Positions 52,176-61,585 of a stretch of 64,000 nt of DNA are shown in pieces. Position numbers and translations under genes: made by a program. Position 1 is the stretch's first letter; each line of letters begins with the position of its first letter. The notes beneath the pieces are model-generated. The model made no database searches. It saw only the letters and a list, made by a program, of their open reading frames with translations, and was not told where the DNA came from. Origin of the DNA: a virus; the IMG/VR virus record IMGVR_UViG_3300011113_000649, positions 1-64,000 of that record; one strand, written 5' to 3'.

Positions 52176-52557
52176 TTGCAGCCTCCACTAGAGTAATTAC
52201 TTCATCATCCCTGAGGTTTTCTCCTACATCTAAAATAGAACTAAGCAACGAGGTTCCATATTTTTTATACTGATCATTAGACATTTGTTTACGAATAACT
52301 TTTTTAATTCTCAACTTGGTAAACCAACCTCTTTTGATAGAATATGACTTAATTTCATCCCCGTATAAGTTGTATTTGTCTTGTGCTGATGACAGACTGA
52401 GATTTTTATTTTTGTTGCATTCTTGCAGAATTCTTATAAGGGTCAATGTTATACTAATAATCATTAATATCGCCATAACACTGCCAAAGTTTTCTTCTTC
52501 TGGTATGTGTGATTCTTTTCTAATTTTCTCGGCTATGTTTTTTAAATTGTCGTTCAT
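52168..52557 (-). CDS. Single-TM membrane protein
   Basis: FGSVMAILMIISITLTLIRILQEC. Confidence 0.65.
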   Translation of the reverse strand: MNDNLKNIAEKIRKESHIPEEENFGSVMAILMIISITLTLIRILQECNKNKNLSLSSAQDKYNLYGDEIKSYSIKRGWFTKLRIKKVIRKQMSNDQYKKYGTSLLSSILDVGENLRDDEVITLVEAANV

Positions 52558-52865
52558 TTTTGATGTACTCTGGTTTTACATTCTGGTTTTAATATTACTG
52601 GTGGATGAATTACCTCAGAATCTTTGGTTTCTGGTTCACAATATCCACAATCAACCATTTTGATGCCGTCTCCGCTTAAATATTTACCAGCACCCTTACA
52701 AACAGGACAGTTTTTTCTAGGATATTTTTTTTCTGTATCTATGTGTTTGCTTTTTATAATAGATCCAGCTAAAGTTACTGCTGCGGTTGTTGTGCCATTA
52801 TAACCATAATCACTATGTGCAATAACAATAGAAGATATTAATATTAAACCAAGAATTTTATTCAT
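52554..52865 (-). CDS. Exported protein with DnaJ-like Zn finger
   Basis: Signal-like N-terminus; CPVCKGAG...CGYC. Confidence 0.65.
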   Translation of the reverse strand: MNKILGLILISSIVIAHSDYGYNGTTTAAVTLAGSIIKSKHIDTEKKYPRKNCPVCKGAGKYLSGDGIKMVDCGYCEPETKDSEVIHPPVILKPECKTRVHQK

Positions 52866-53019
52866 CTTGTTTTCTCCATCTTGGACGCCGTTTTTTATCT
52901 GGTTTGGGAAAATCTATTTCTTCTACGCTTTTTGGTGACAAGATTTTTATTAAACTTAATATAAAACTAGAAATAATACTTAATAGTCTATTCAGAACGA
53001 TCTTATCAATTATTTTCAT
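52858..53019 (-). CDS. 53-aa amphipathic/basic protein (not in ORF track)
   Basis: MKIIDKIVLNRLLSIISSFILSLIKILSPK...KKRRPRWRKQDE; overlaps both neighbours. Confidence 0.65.
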   Translation of the reverse strand: MKIIDKIVLNRLLSIISSFILSLIKILSPKSVEEIDFPKPDKKRRPRWRKQDE

Positions 53020-53942
53020 AAATAATCCTCAAAACCATAAGAGGGAAGTTTTTGAACAGGAAACCCATCAAAGTTGCTAAACGCATAAGCGCCATTTTGT
53101 TTAAGCATCCCTGCTGCTGTATCTGAATCAATTAAAAACGAACCATCTGGTATTTTACCCCACGCTGGATGACCACCATCATTCCATTTACCCCAACTGT
53201 TTTGAATTAGAAATGCTAGTTCGCCATTAGTATCATCACAAGCTATCCAGGCCATAGCATGGGCCCAACTTCCACTGACTTTTGCGAAACCCTTACTATC
53301 TCTTTTGTTACTAAATCCATAACTAGAACATACGGATAAGCCATATCCATTAGCTAAAGCATCTCTAGCTTCTTCTATAGTCGTAACCAAACTAACAGTT
53401 TTAATTTGATGGTCATTAGCTAAGTCTATAACCTTGTCAGGCAATCCTCTAGCACCCCAACCTGCACCAAGATTTCCATTATATTTAGTAAAGTCAGCAA
53501 CACCCCTATAGTCTTTTCTAACTAGAACCCCACCACTCTGGCTAACGAATGTAGCAGCTCTAGAGCAGCTCATGCCTTGTCCTCCGTGACCACGAGCGCC
53601 ATAAATTCCTTCGGTTGCTCCTCGCGCTACCCAACTCTCTTTGTCTCTATGTACATCAATTTCTACGGCTCTACTCACGTCTAAAGCATTTCGTGTTGCA
53701 TGAGACACACAATCTCCAGTAGTTTGTCTTTCATTATAAGGGTTTTTATCAAACTTTAAAACACTTTTATATGGGATGCTGAGTTTGCCTTTACCACTAT
53801 TTTTTATTTTTTTAGCGCCGTCAGCAAAATATGCATATTTAGAACTCTCCATAAGTTCATCAAACATGTGTTGCTCCCACAAGCAACCCTGAAATCCTTT
53901 TTTATAATTTAGATAAAGATCATTTGGAGAAAATTTAGACAT
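53016..53942 (-). CDS. Papain-like (C1) cysteine protease
   Basis: QTTGDCVSHA (Gln/Cys), AHAMAW (His), QNSWG (Asn). Confidence 0.88.
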   Translation of the reverse strand: MSKFSPNDLYLNYKKGFQGCLWEQHMFDELMESSKYAYFADGAKKIKNSGKGKLSIPYKSVLKFDKNPYNERQTTGDCVSHATRNALDVSRAVEIDVHRDKESWVARGATEGIYGARGHGGQGMSCSRAATFVSQSGGVLVRKDYRGVADFTKYNGNLGAGWGARGLPDKVIDLANDHQIKTVSLVTTIEEARDALANGYGLSVCSSYGFSNKRDSKGFAKVSGSWAHAMAWIACDDTNGELAFLIQNSWGKWNDGGHPAWGKIPDGSFLIDSDTAAGMLKQNGAYAFSNFDGFPVQKLPSYGFEDYL

Positions 53943-54436
53943 TATTTGCTACCCTCATAAACGGCCCAGGCCAAAGCTCTAAACGCTTCAACAGCTTTTT
54001 TTCTTAATTCAGCATCTAGTGGGACTATATCATCACCAATTTGACTACCTATAATAACCTGAGAAGCATCAGATAGTCCTGGATATTTATTTTTTATATT
54101 CATTCTCAACATTAAACCACCCAAAGAATTAGCTTGTCTAATTTCTTCTGTTGTTTTCACCACTTCGTTTTCACCATCAAGTTCTATAAGAGTAGCCAAA
54201 TCCATATACAAATCAGATAGTCTTTGAGCATCTTGTGTTTTTTCTTTTAATGAGATATTTTTAAGAATATCAATTATTAATTTACATTTTGCCCTGAGAT
54301 CAGAATTTTCTGGAGGAGTTATAATAACTATATTATCTACAACAACAGGTTTATTAATTGGTAGATTAAAATTAGGTTTAGTAATTCCAATTAGTATTAA
54401 TACAGCGGCTAAAATCCATAAAAAGTTTTTATTCAT
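53942..54436 (-). CDS. Membrane-anchored/exported helical protein
   Basis: MNKNFLWILAAVLILIG N-terminal hydrophobic segment. Confidence 0.65.
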   Translation of the reverse strand: MNKNFLWILAAVLILIGITKPNFNLPINKPVVVDNIVIITPPENSDLRAKCKLIIDILKNISLKEKTQDAQRLSDLYMDLATLIELDGENEVVKTTEEIRQANSLGGLMLRMNIKNKYPGLSDASQVIIGSQIGDDIVPLDAELRKKAVEAFRALAWAVYEGSK

Positions 54437-54842
54437 TGTTTTTCTTTCCACATACATTAGGACTTAAATAAGGAAACATCTCATCAGCAACTTCCACCGC
54501 TTTATTACAGCCACACCTTAATGCTAGGTCTCTCGTTTCTTTCCATGAAACAATGAGCTTAAAAAAAGAATTGTCAGGTTCTTCTTGGCTATTTTCTGCG
54601 ATAGTTGTAGCCAAAACTAACGGAGCATTTGTTGAAACGGTAACGGCTGGGACTACGGGCTTTGTTTCTTTTTTAGTCAAAATTCCTTTCACAGATTCTG
54701 CCAATAGGTTTATAGCGCCCTGAACTGGGCTTAGCTTGTCTTTAAAAAGAACCCATATTACAATGCCTATGCCAGCATAAAGCATCAAATCAGTTGAGCT
54801 TAAGCCTTTGCTAAATTCTTCAAAACTCTGAGTAAAATTCAT
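54429..54842 (-). CDS. Single-TM membrane protein
   Basis: LMLYAGIGIVIWVLF. Confidence 0.65.
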   Translation of the reverse strand: MNFTQSFEEFSKGLSSTDLMLYAGIGIVIWVLFKDKLSPVQGAINLLAESVKGILTKKETKPVVPAVTVSTNAPLVLATTIAENSQEEPDNSFFKLIVSWKETRDLALRCGCNKAVEVADEMFPYLSPNVCGKKNNE

Positions 54843-54843
54843 A

Positions 54844-55260
54844 TCAAGCCTCTTTATTCATTTTTTTAAGAAAAACACCAGTATTTCTGAAAGTTGTCAC
54901 TAGCGCATCTATTGTTGCGCCAACAAGTATCATCAAAAATGCTTTGACATACTTATGTATAATAGGCTCTAAAACATTAGGAACAACAGGAATATCCACA
55001 ACAACAAACACGCTATCGTAGAACCTATTTAATAAATCCATAGCCAAAGCTTTTTTGTCTGAACTACTAATATCATGTCCTAATTTCTCTATTATTTGTA
55101 TAACACTAGCTGTGGCTAATTGTAAAATCTTCCAAGCTTCACTTATCGCTAATCTTTTTACTTCTGCTAGGCTGTTTTTTACGTTTAGTATTAGTTTGTC
55201 TACTTCTGCTCTTATTAGGTCTTGGCTCAATAGTGGTGTTACTGTTTTGATGTCGCTCAT
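54844..55260 (-). CDS. Helical hypothetical protein
   Basis: DKKALAM..DIPVVP.LE; 5' end overlapped by the upstream gene. Confidence 0.65.
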   Translation of the reverse strand: MSDIKTVTPLLSQDLIRAEVDKLILNVKNSLAEVKRLAISEAWKILQLATASVIQIIEKLGHDISSSDKKALAMDLLNRFYDSVFVVVDIPVVPNVLEPIIHKYVKAFLMILVGATIDALVTTFRNTGVFLKKMNKEA

Positions 55261-55501
55261 CTTCTGTTTCCTTTTCTTTGAACTGTTGTTTGATTTTTGT
55301 TCTACCGTTCACATATTTATATAAAATAATAAGTTGTCCACCTATTAATATACACGATTCTACACCATGAGATATGGTTGTGATAAGTTCTTCTTTTTGG
55401 CCATTATCTGTAATAAGACCAGTTAAATATAGTCCGCTAAATATAAAACTTACTAAAGTAAACCAAAATTCACTAGTTCTATATCCTGGCTTAGGTTTCA
55501 T
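55139..55501 (-). CDS. Holin-like 2-TM protein with basic tail
   Basis: KPGYRTSEFW start, two hydrophobic segments, highly basic C-terminus. Confidence 0.5.
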   Translation of the reverse strand: MKPKPGYRTSEFWFTLVSFIFSGLYLTGLITDNGQKEELITTISHGVESCILIGGQLIILYKYVNGRTKIKQQFKEKETEDERHQNSNTTIEPRPNKSRSRQTNTKRKKQPSRSKKISDK

Positions 55502-55695
55502 GCAGGGGAGTCTCCTGAATAGTATCTTGTGTCATCAAATCTAGCGTCATATTTATTTTGTATATCTGCGATAGTTGGTTGATTTGATACTGCTGTGTTC
55601 AAAGCGGAATATTCTCCAGTCCACGAACAAGTAACAACGGCTGTCCCGTTTTTTACTACCACACCACTAATTGCTGCCTGAATATCATTTGCCAT
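55498..55695 (-). CDS. Hypothetical protein
   Basis: AGGAG RBS; 65 aa. Confidence 0.6.
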   Translation of the reverse strand: MANDIQAAISGVVVKNGTAVVTCSWTGEYSALNTAVSNQPTIADIQNKYDARFDDTRYYSGDSPA

Positions 55696-55697
55696 AA

Positions 55698-56018
55698 TTA
55701 ACTCCTATCTATTCTTTCTTCTAGAGCTTCTAGTGTTTTGCCTAAAGTAGCAATTTGTATTTTTAGTTCATTCATAACCTCTATAACCTTTTGTAGAGTT
55801 ATAGATAGAGCTGTTTGGGTTTCTTTGTTTATGGCTAATCTTTCCATAATAAATTCACGATCTTTACAATATGGACTCTCGTGCTGAACCATATTACTAA
55901 TCTCTTCTTTAGTAAGAATTTTTCTACCAACTCCAACCCAAAAGCCAACCAAAGTAACAATTATGCCAATACTAGCCGAAGCCACAGACTGCCAAAAATG
56001 TAGCATTGATTCATTCAT
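55698..56018 (-). CDS. Single-TM plus coiled-coil protein (holin/antiholin-like)
   Basis: SASIGIIVTLVGFWV followed by a heptad coil. Confidence 0.5.
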   Translation of the reverse strand: MNESMLHFWQSVASASIGIIVTLVGFWVGVGRKILTKEEISNMVQHESPYCKDREFIMERLAINKETQTALSITLQKVIEVMNELKIQIATLGKTLEALEERIDRS

Positions 56019-56039
56019 TTAAATTATTCCTTTATAAGT

Positions 56040-56075
56040 AAAAAGCCAAAAGATACTAATTGCATCCTTGGCTTA
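56040..56075 (-). terminator. Rho-independent terminator
   Basis: AAGCCAAGGATGC-loop-GTATCTTTTGGCTT followed by Ts on the - strand. Confidence 0.6.
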
Positions 56076-56104
56076 ATACTAGATTAAATTATATACAAAT
56101 ATAA

Positions 56105-56674
56105 TCAGTTGGTTTTGGCCTTATAATCATCAAGTTTTGGAATTGGACTACCTTGTAGATATACCAATTCGCCAGGAACAGATTTTGTTGGAGCAGCAGC
56201 TTGGTCTGTTGAAGTGGCGGAAGTAGCACCAGTGGAAATATTCCAAAATGCGTCTACAGCACCACTTGGAAAACCAGCTTCCCATTCTCCGCTATATTCA
56301 TTCCACTTATTATTTCTAATAGCCGTTGTTGTTCTACGAGTTCTAACAACTTCTAGTTTATTAATACTTTTTGCGTTTGTGGTATCATTAGCACCACTAC
56401 GTAAAAAGTTATTAGTAACGCCAGCTAAAGATGTTGTGACCTTAGGAGCTGTTGGAGTGGCATTGTTGTAAGCAAAAGTACCGGCAGATAAAGCCTTGTC
56501 AGCATCGGCATTATCAACTACTACGTTTGCATAAACACCGACCTGAGCGGCGGCTGTGGCTTGACTTCTAACAACGTTGGAAGATACGGTGCCATTAGCG
56601 GTCATAACGCCGCCATTATTAACTGTTGATGTTGCTGTTACAGCAGACGAACCATTTTTTTGTACTGTGGCCAT
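56105..56674 (-). CDS. Ala/Thr/Asn-rich probable virion structural protein
   Basis: GGAG RBS, late motif upstream, terminator downstream, structural-type composition. Confidence 0.55.
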   Translation of the reverse strand: MATVQKNGSSAVTATSTVNNGGVMTANGTVSSNVVRSQATAAAQVGVYANVVVDNADADKALSAGTFAYNNATPTAPKVTTSLAGVTNNFLRSGANDTTNAKSINKLEVVRTRRTTTAIRNNKWNEYSGEWEAGFPSGAVDAFWNISTGATSATSTDQAAAPTKSVPGELVYLQGSPIPKLDDYKAKTN

Positions 56675-56715
56675 TTGTTACTCCGTATTGAATTGCTAAA
56701 ATCATGAATAACTTT

Positions 56716-56724
56716 TTATACACC
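56716..56724 (-). promoter_or_regulatory. Putative late promoter GGTGTATAA
   Basis: Intergenic; same motif as in the + strand structural module. Confidence 0.55.
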
Positions 56725-56725
56725 A

Positions 56726-57394
56726 CTATTCTTTTTGTTGAGTTAAATTGAATCTAAGAAAATTTTCTAATGCATGTAACGAGGTTGTTCTAAAGCCAAA
56801 TAGGCCGGATTTTATGATAGTTTCAAAATGCTTATTCTGCCAAAAATTACCAGTGCAAATTATCTTTAGGTCTTTTGAGTTAGTATACAAAAATACAGAC
56901 GCAAGTATATTATCTGCTAAATTATCTATAAAATAGCAGCTAGAAGGAAAAACATATTTTATGCCCATTTCTTCAAAAATTTCACAAGTTTTTTTTAAGC
57001 AAAAATGGTCAAATTTTCTATATTCTAGTATATATCTTACTGTAGCATTATGCGACTTAGAAATATCTACTATATTTTTGATATCATCTCTAATTTTATC
57101 GTATTTTCTATTTGCGGCCAAGACTTGAGGCATGCTAATATCTAGGGTATTAAATCCTGCTTTTAATGCTTGATCGACCGCCGAACATCTGGTTTTAGCA
57201 TCAGACACCCCCAAAGGATAATCTATCAAACAAGAAAAGTCATATCCTTCATTGATAAAAGGCTTAATAAGTTTAAAAAAATAATATGGCAGAGTGATGC
57301 TATTAACTAGATTATTCGATATAATATGTTTTAATAAGTCTCGAGCCTTAGACTCGTTAATATCCGTATCAATAATAGCAAAATCAATATACAT
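56726..57394 (-). CDS. DeoC (deoxyribose-phosphate aldolase)-like TIM barrel lacking catalytic lysines
   Basis: IDYPLG, G.NTLD, RYILE; KTSTG replaced by FPSSC. Confidence 0.65.
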   Translation of the reverse strand: MYIDFAIIDTDINESKARDLLKHIISNNLVNSITLPYYFFKLIKPFINEGYDFSCLIDYPLGVSDAKTRCSAVDQALKAGFNTLDISMPQVLAANRKYDKIRDDIKNIVDISKSHNATVRYILEYRKFDHFCLKKTCEIFEEMGIKYVFPSSCYFIDNLADNILASVFLYTNSKDLKIICTGNFWQNKHFETIIKSGLFGFRTTSLHALENFLRFNLTQQKE

Positions 57395-58062
57395 TATATT
57401 TTTTTGATGTAGTTTTTGATGTAGTCTATGTTCGGAAATTTTTTACTACCAAGAATACCATCCGCAAAGCCATAATCAACAGCTTCTTCTGCTGTTAAGA
57501 TCCAATCTCTTTTTGTTGCCAATTGTGTTACGATATGTTTTTTGGTCATCATTTTTTTCCAATTTTTTTCTTTACATATCCTACTAGACATACACCTTTC
57601 AGTAAATATATCTATCATCTTTTCGCTTTCTTTTTCACTCCAATGTATCATGCTCAATGCCGCTTTATGTTCATTATCTACGCTGATAGATCCATAATGG
57701 ATTAAAAAATTTGCATTAGGACTAAGAATTCTTAAATCTGCTGCTTGTAATAAAACTGTACTACTAGATTCTACTTTTGCATATGCTACTATACACACAG
57801 GACTTTTGCTATTTTTAATATTATCATATATGCCGAGACAGTCTTGCCAATCTCCTCCAGGTAAATGCATGTGTACTAGTATTGGATCTAATGAAAGAGT
57901 ATTAAGATATCTCAAATTTTTTTCAAAAGTTATAGCCGATCTGTAGTCTACACCGGCTTCATTCTCTCCATCAAAATAAGAATGTAAGTATATTTCTCTA
58001 TTATCTATGTCTATACTATGATTATGTATGTCGTAAAGAATATTGTTGTTTACAGTTTCCAC
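57394..58062 (-). CDS. clpP: ClpP-like serine protease
   Basis: REIYL, PGGD, VESSS (Ser), LIHYG (His), RDWILTAEEAVDYGFAD (Asp). Confidence 0.85.
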   Translation of the reverse strand: METVNNNILYDIHNHSIDIDNREIYLHSYFDGENEAGVDYRSAITFEKNLRYLNTLSLDPILVHMHLPGGDWQDCLGIYDNIKNSKSPVCIVAYAKVESSSTVLLQAADLRILSPNANFLIHYGSISVDNEHKAALSMIHWSEKESEKMIDIFTERCMSSRICKEKNWKKMMTKKHIVTQLATKRDWILTAEEAVDYGFADGILGSKKFPNIDYIKNYIKKI

Positions 58063-58066
58063 ATTA

Positions 58067-58483
58067 TCACTTTTTTGTTAAATAATAGACAACATTATCA
58101 GTAATAGATCTCATAATTTCATTATCTACAAAACACTTACCTATACCAATTCTGAATCTATATCTAGTAAACACATCCAACAGTTCAACGCCATCACATT
58201 TTTCTATTATGTTTACTATTGGTTTAGATATGTTGAAATTTGTGTGACCCACCCAAAAATTAAAAATTTTACTAGATGCAGTGTGTTCGTTATAGGGTAT
58301 TAGCCCTAGTGGAGATGATATAACTTTTATTGGCTTACTATTAGCTTTTATCATCTCTTCTTCTAAGATCTCTTGGTCTTCGTCTAGCTCTAAATCATCA
58401 TCATATTTATGCCACTTTAATTCGTCTGAATTTTCTCCAAACGGATCGTTCCATTTTTCCCAAATAATTTTATGGTTTGTCAT
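58067..58483 (-). CDS. Hypothetical protein
   Basis: Likely start MTNHKIIWEKW. Confidence 0.6.
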   Translation of the reverse strand: MTNHKIIWEKWNDPFGENSDELKWHKYDDDLELDEDQEILEEEMIKANSKPIKVISSPLGLIPYNEHTASSKIFNFWVGHTNFNISKPIVNIIEKCDGVELLDVFTRYRFRIGIGKCFVDNEIMRSITDNVVYYLTKK

Positions 58484-58859
58484 TATGTTTGATACCATTA
58501 CTAAAGGCTGTTGGTTTAATATATGGTTCGGTTGTGTCTCCATATGATGTATTATCATCTACTAGGTCTTGCCAAGCGACCATTACCTCTTTTACATAAT
58601 GTTTGATTTTTGGATCTTGTTTGGATATGTCTATAAGAATATTTAATAAAGAAGTCATGTACTCACCAGAATTAATACCGAACAACATTTCTGCTAAACT
58701 GTCTATCGACTCGGGATCTGTATCAACAATATAAATTTTTGCATATGATTGGTTTGCTTCTACCCAAAAGGTTACTGTGTTGTGTTTGGGCAAAGATTCT
58801 TCTATATTATTTTTTTTCTTTTGATATTGACATAATTTGTTTAAAATAGATTTGATCAT
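58470..58859 (-). CDS. Hypothetical protein
   Basis: Coupled ORF. Confidence 0.6.
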   Translation of the reverse strand: MIKSILNKLCQYQKKKNNIEESLPKHNTVTFWVEANQSYAKIYIVDTDPESIDSLAEMLFGINSGEYMTSLLNILIDISKQDPKIKHYVKEVMVAWQDLVDDNTSYGDTTEPYIKPTAFSNGIKHNDKP

Positions 58860-59245
58860 TTCAATCTTTGGGTAACCTCAAATAGTATATTGCTATATGG
58901 ATTTGGTTCTTGATAAATAAATTCAAACCAACATGCCCCATTTCCTATGCTATTTGTTTTGCTAGTTATAAAACCATAGATCATATTTAATGTATCTTCA
59001 TTGTCTGAGATATATTTAGTATCTATATTAATAAGTTGAGGCAATAATTCTATATCATTAACATATATGTATTTTTTTAAATAATCAACAAGATATGTCT
59101 CAGTGTTTTTTAAAAAGTCACTATTACATACAAAGTTGGGAAACTGTATTTGATCTTGAGATAAAGACAAGACAAACTGTTTATTGTTTGGAATATCTGT
59201 AGATAAGACAACGCATTGGATATTTACTGTATATTTATTGTGCAT
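58856..59245 (-). CDS. Hypothetical protein, possibly a degenerate Nudix fold
   Basis: VNIQCVVLS...FVLSL N-terminus; no Nudix box. Confidence 0.45.
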   Translation of the reverse strand: MHNKYTVNIQCVVLSTDIPNNKQFVLSLSQDQIQFPNFVCNSDFLKNTETYLVDYLKKYIYVNDIELLPQLINIDTKYISDNEDTLNMIYGFITSKTNSIGNGACWFEFIYQEPNPYSNILFEVTQRLK

Positions 59246-59891
59246 TTTTTAAACCTCTGATTAAATCTAGGGCTTTATTTAAGCCTTGCCTAACAGCCTC
59301 TCTAGTAATACCGTACTTTTTACCAATTTTTTCAAATGTGTAATTCTCAAAATAGTATAGTCGTATATAATCCTTTTGTCTATCTGAAAGATAGTCTATT
59401 GATAGTATATTATCAATTAATCCAGCTAATGAATCGGATTGTTCTTTTTCTATCAGTTGTTCGTCTGGAGTTTTTGTATTGTGGTCTTTAATTAGTTCAT
59501 AATTAGATAGTTCCATATCTTCGTTTTTAAAGTCTAGAGAATAAACATTTTTTATATTTTTGGGCTTTTGATAAATTTTGCTAACATAAGTTTGGATAGC
59601 CCATAAAGCACATTGATTTCTATATGAATATTTAGTTTTTTTAGTTCCTTGTTTATTTGTATAGTTTTCATCCCATCTCCAATCAGCCATCATAATAGCA
59701 TTAGCCACAGAAGATACTGCATCTTCATCTTTTAGCATCTTTTGAGATAGGCCATTAAATATTGCATTAGCAAATTTAGAAATTGCTTTTTTGGCAAGTA
59801 ACAAGTATACATCCAGGGTATCAAATTCTATTTCTGAATGATTCTTATAGGCGATTTTTTGATTTCCAATTCCGTTGATCTGTAGCAACAT
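59235..59891 (-). CDS. Phage RNA polymerase sigma factor (sigma70 regions 2 and 4)
   Basis: LSDRQKDYIRLYY..YTFEKIGKKYGITREAVRQ; region-2-like WD..GTK..SY. Confidence 0.85.
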   Translation of the reverse strand: MLLQINGIGNQKIAYKNHSEIEFDTLDVYLLLAKKAISKFANAIFNGLSQKMLKDEDAVSSVANAIMMADWRWDENYTNKQGTKKTKYSYRNQCALWAIQTYVSKIYQKPKNIKNVYSLDFKNEDMELSNYELIKDHNTKTPDEQLIEKEQSDSLAGLIDNILSIDYLSDRQKDYIRLYYFENYTFEKIGKKYGITREAVRQGLNKALDLIRGLKNAQ

Positions 59892-60173
59892 TATTTAAGG
59901 TTCCTTGGGTATTTAAATTAATAACATCTTCGATTAAATTACGCGTATATTCTCAGCATCGATCTGGGGTTATCATCGTAGCCTATGATAATATTACCAG
60001 AATCTATTTTATCTATTTGTTTAGATAATATAAAGTCTATAGTTTGAATAAGTCTAATAATCGCCATGTCACCTACACAATAATAATGTAGATGAAGTAA
60101 TCTCTGGACAAGCCAGTGTAAAAAATTTATATCCTCATCCACAAAACTATTCCTATTTATCCAAATCTTATCT

Positions 60174-60875
60174 TTATTTAGTTAATCTTTGCCACTGTTC
60201 TGTTTGTGGTCTGTCTTTATCTCCAGGTTGTGCTGGGCGATATTTTTTTCCTTCTCGTTCTCTTTTCTTGCGAATATTTTCCCATAATCCTGGTCTAGTA
60301 TTTTGTCCCATTGTTGTTGTAACGCCAGGATATTTTTTGTATTGATATTCATAATGAGGCAAGTCTGATATTTTTACTTTTTTACGTTTTTTTGTTGTGT
60401 CGTTTTCTGGATTCACAACCGATTCTGTTTCTTCATAGTCATCGTCATCTGTCTCGACGAACATGACAAAATCATGGATACTTCTCAAATGATCCTCTGC
60501 AACCGCAATCATACCTTGAAGATGTGGTGCTGTCAAATTTTCTTTTACCATAGGACTATCTAAGTAATCCAGTATATCTTTGGCATGACTCATTATTGCT
60601 CTTAATGAGCCAACACTCATATCATAATAACTTTTTTTGTATTCTGATTCTTCTTCTTTTTCTTCATCTTCTTCTGGCATATCATTAGATAGCAAGCTTA
60701 ATCTATCGTCTTCATATTCATTTTCGGGATATACATCATCTTCTTGTTCATAATCACAACCACAACTATCTGCTTTAGTGGTTTTTAATTCTGTTTTTTC
60801 TTGGGTGTCGTGTGTTTTGTGAGTAGCATTTACTGCGTCTTTAATACCGTTGAGTATATCATTAAATCTGGTCAT
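60174..60875 (-). CDS. Acidic hypothetical protein with C-terminal GLWENIRKKR motif
   Basis: Short motif recalled from large-phage modular proteins. Confidence 0.6.
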   Translation of the reverse strand: MTRFNDILNGIKDAVNATHKTHDTQEKTELKTTKADSCGCDYEQEDDVYPENEYEDDRLSLLSNDMPEEDEEKEEESEYKKSYYDMSVGSLRAIMSHAKDILDYLDSPMVKENLTAPHLQGMIAVAEDHLRSIHDFVMFVETDDDDYEETESVVNPENDTTKKRKKVKISDLPHYEYQYKKYPGVTTTMGQNTRPGLWENIRKKREREGKKYRPAQPGDKDRPQTEQWQRLTK

Positions 60876-60916
60876 TATAGTATTTCCCTAATATGTTTGT
60901 AGTTAATTAAATTATA

Positions 60917-61585
60917 TTACCAAGCTTTACAAGACCAATATCTTGCTTTCCATTTGGGGCCTGGATTGTCACAATTGTGTCTGGCTCTGAAACTTTTGCG
61001 ACGTTCTGGAATGTTTTTTTTAATTTTCATGTTTGGATCACCAAATCTGACTATCACAATGTTGCCACTCTCATTCTTTGTATAAACTGCAAATTTTTTA
61101 GGTCCGCTAGGAGTCCTAAAAGGTTTATTTAAGGTTACTTTACGACCCTGATATTCTGCTGCTTTTGCTTCTCCATCAAATCGAAGATATCTATTATTTT
61201 TTCTATAGTTACCCTTTTTTTCAAAATAAAACAACTCGTTAGTAACCGGATCTAAATATTGATATTTTGCAATTGATGATACGTCTAAAATTTCCGTTTC
61301 TTCACCCATATCCTCATAGTCTATATCATTTGGAACAATGAGATTATTAGCAGACAGTAATTCTGCTTCGGTTTCACAGTTATCACACTCATAGGACATT
61401 GAGAAACCCAGTATATCTAATACATAGTCCAATAATCCAGCTTTGTTCTTTTTGCGTGTCTGTCCCAAACAAATAGCTACTCGTTGTTGAGTATTAGGAT
61501 AGTCTTTTTTCATGGTTTCGTTGCTCATACAACGACCAATGAATTTTTGTCTATCTTCGTTTGGTTTTTTTTCTGGGATTGGCAT
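60917..61585 (-). CDS. Modular basic phage protein
   Basis: FIGRCM..QRVAIC N-terminal module; AEYQGRKV..RFGDPNM..SFRARHNC..ARYWSC C-terminal module. Confidence 0.7.
   Translation of the reverse strand: MPIPEKKPNEDRQKFIGRCMSNETMKKDYPNTQQRVAICLGQTRKKNKAGLLDYVLDILGFSMSYECDNCETEAELLSANNLIVPNDIDYEDMGEETEILDVSSIAKYQYLDPVTNELFYFEKKGNYRKNNRYLRFDGEAKAAEYQGRKVTLNKPFRTPSGPKKFAVYTKNESGNIVIVRFGDPNMKIKKNIPERRKSFRARHNCDNPGPKWKARYWSCKAW

Noticed and set aside
59939-60142. 67-aa GTG-start ORF
   Set aside because: Fills a gap and may be real, but has no recognisable motif; not enough support to call
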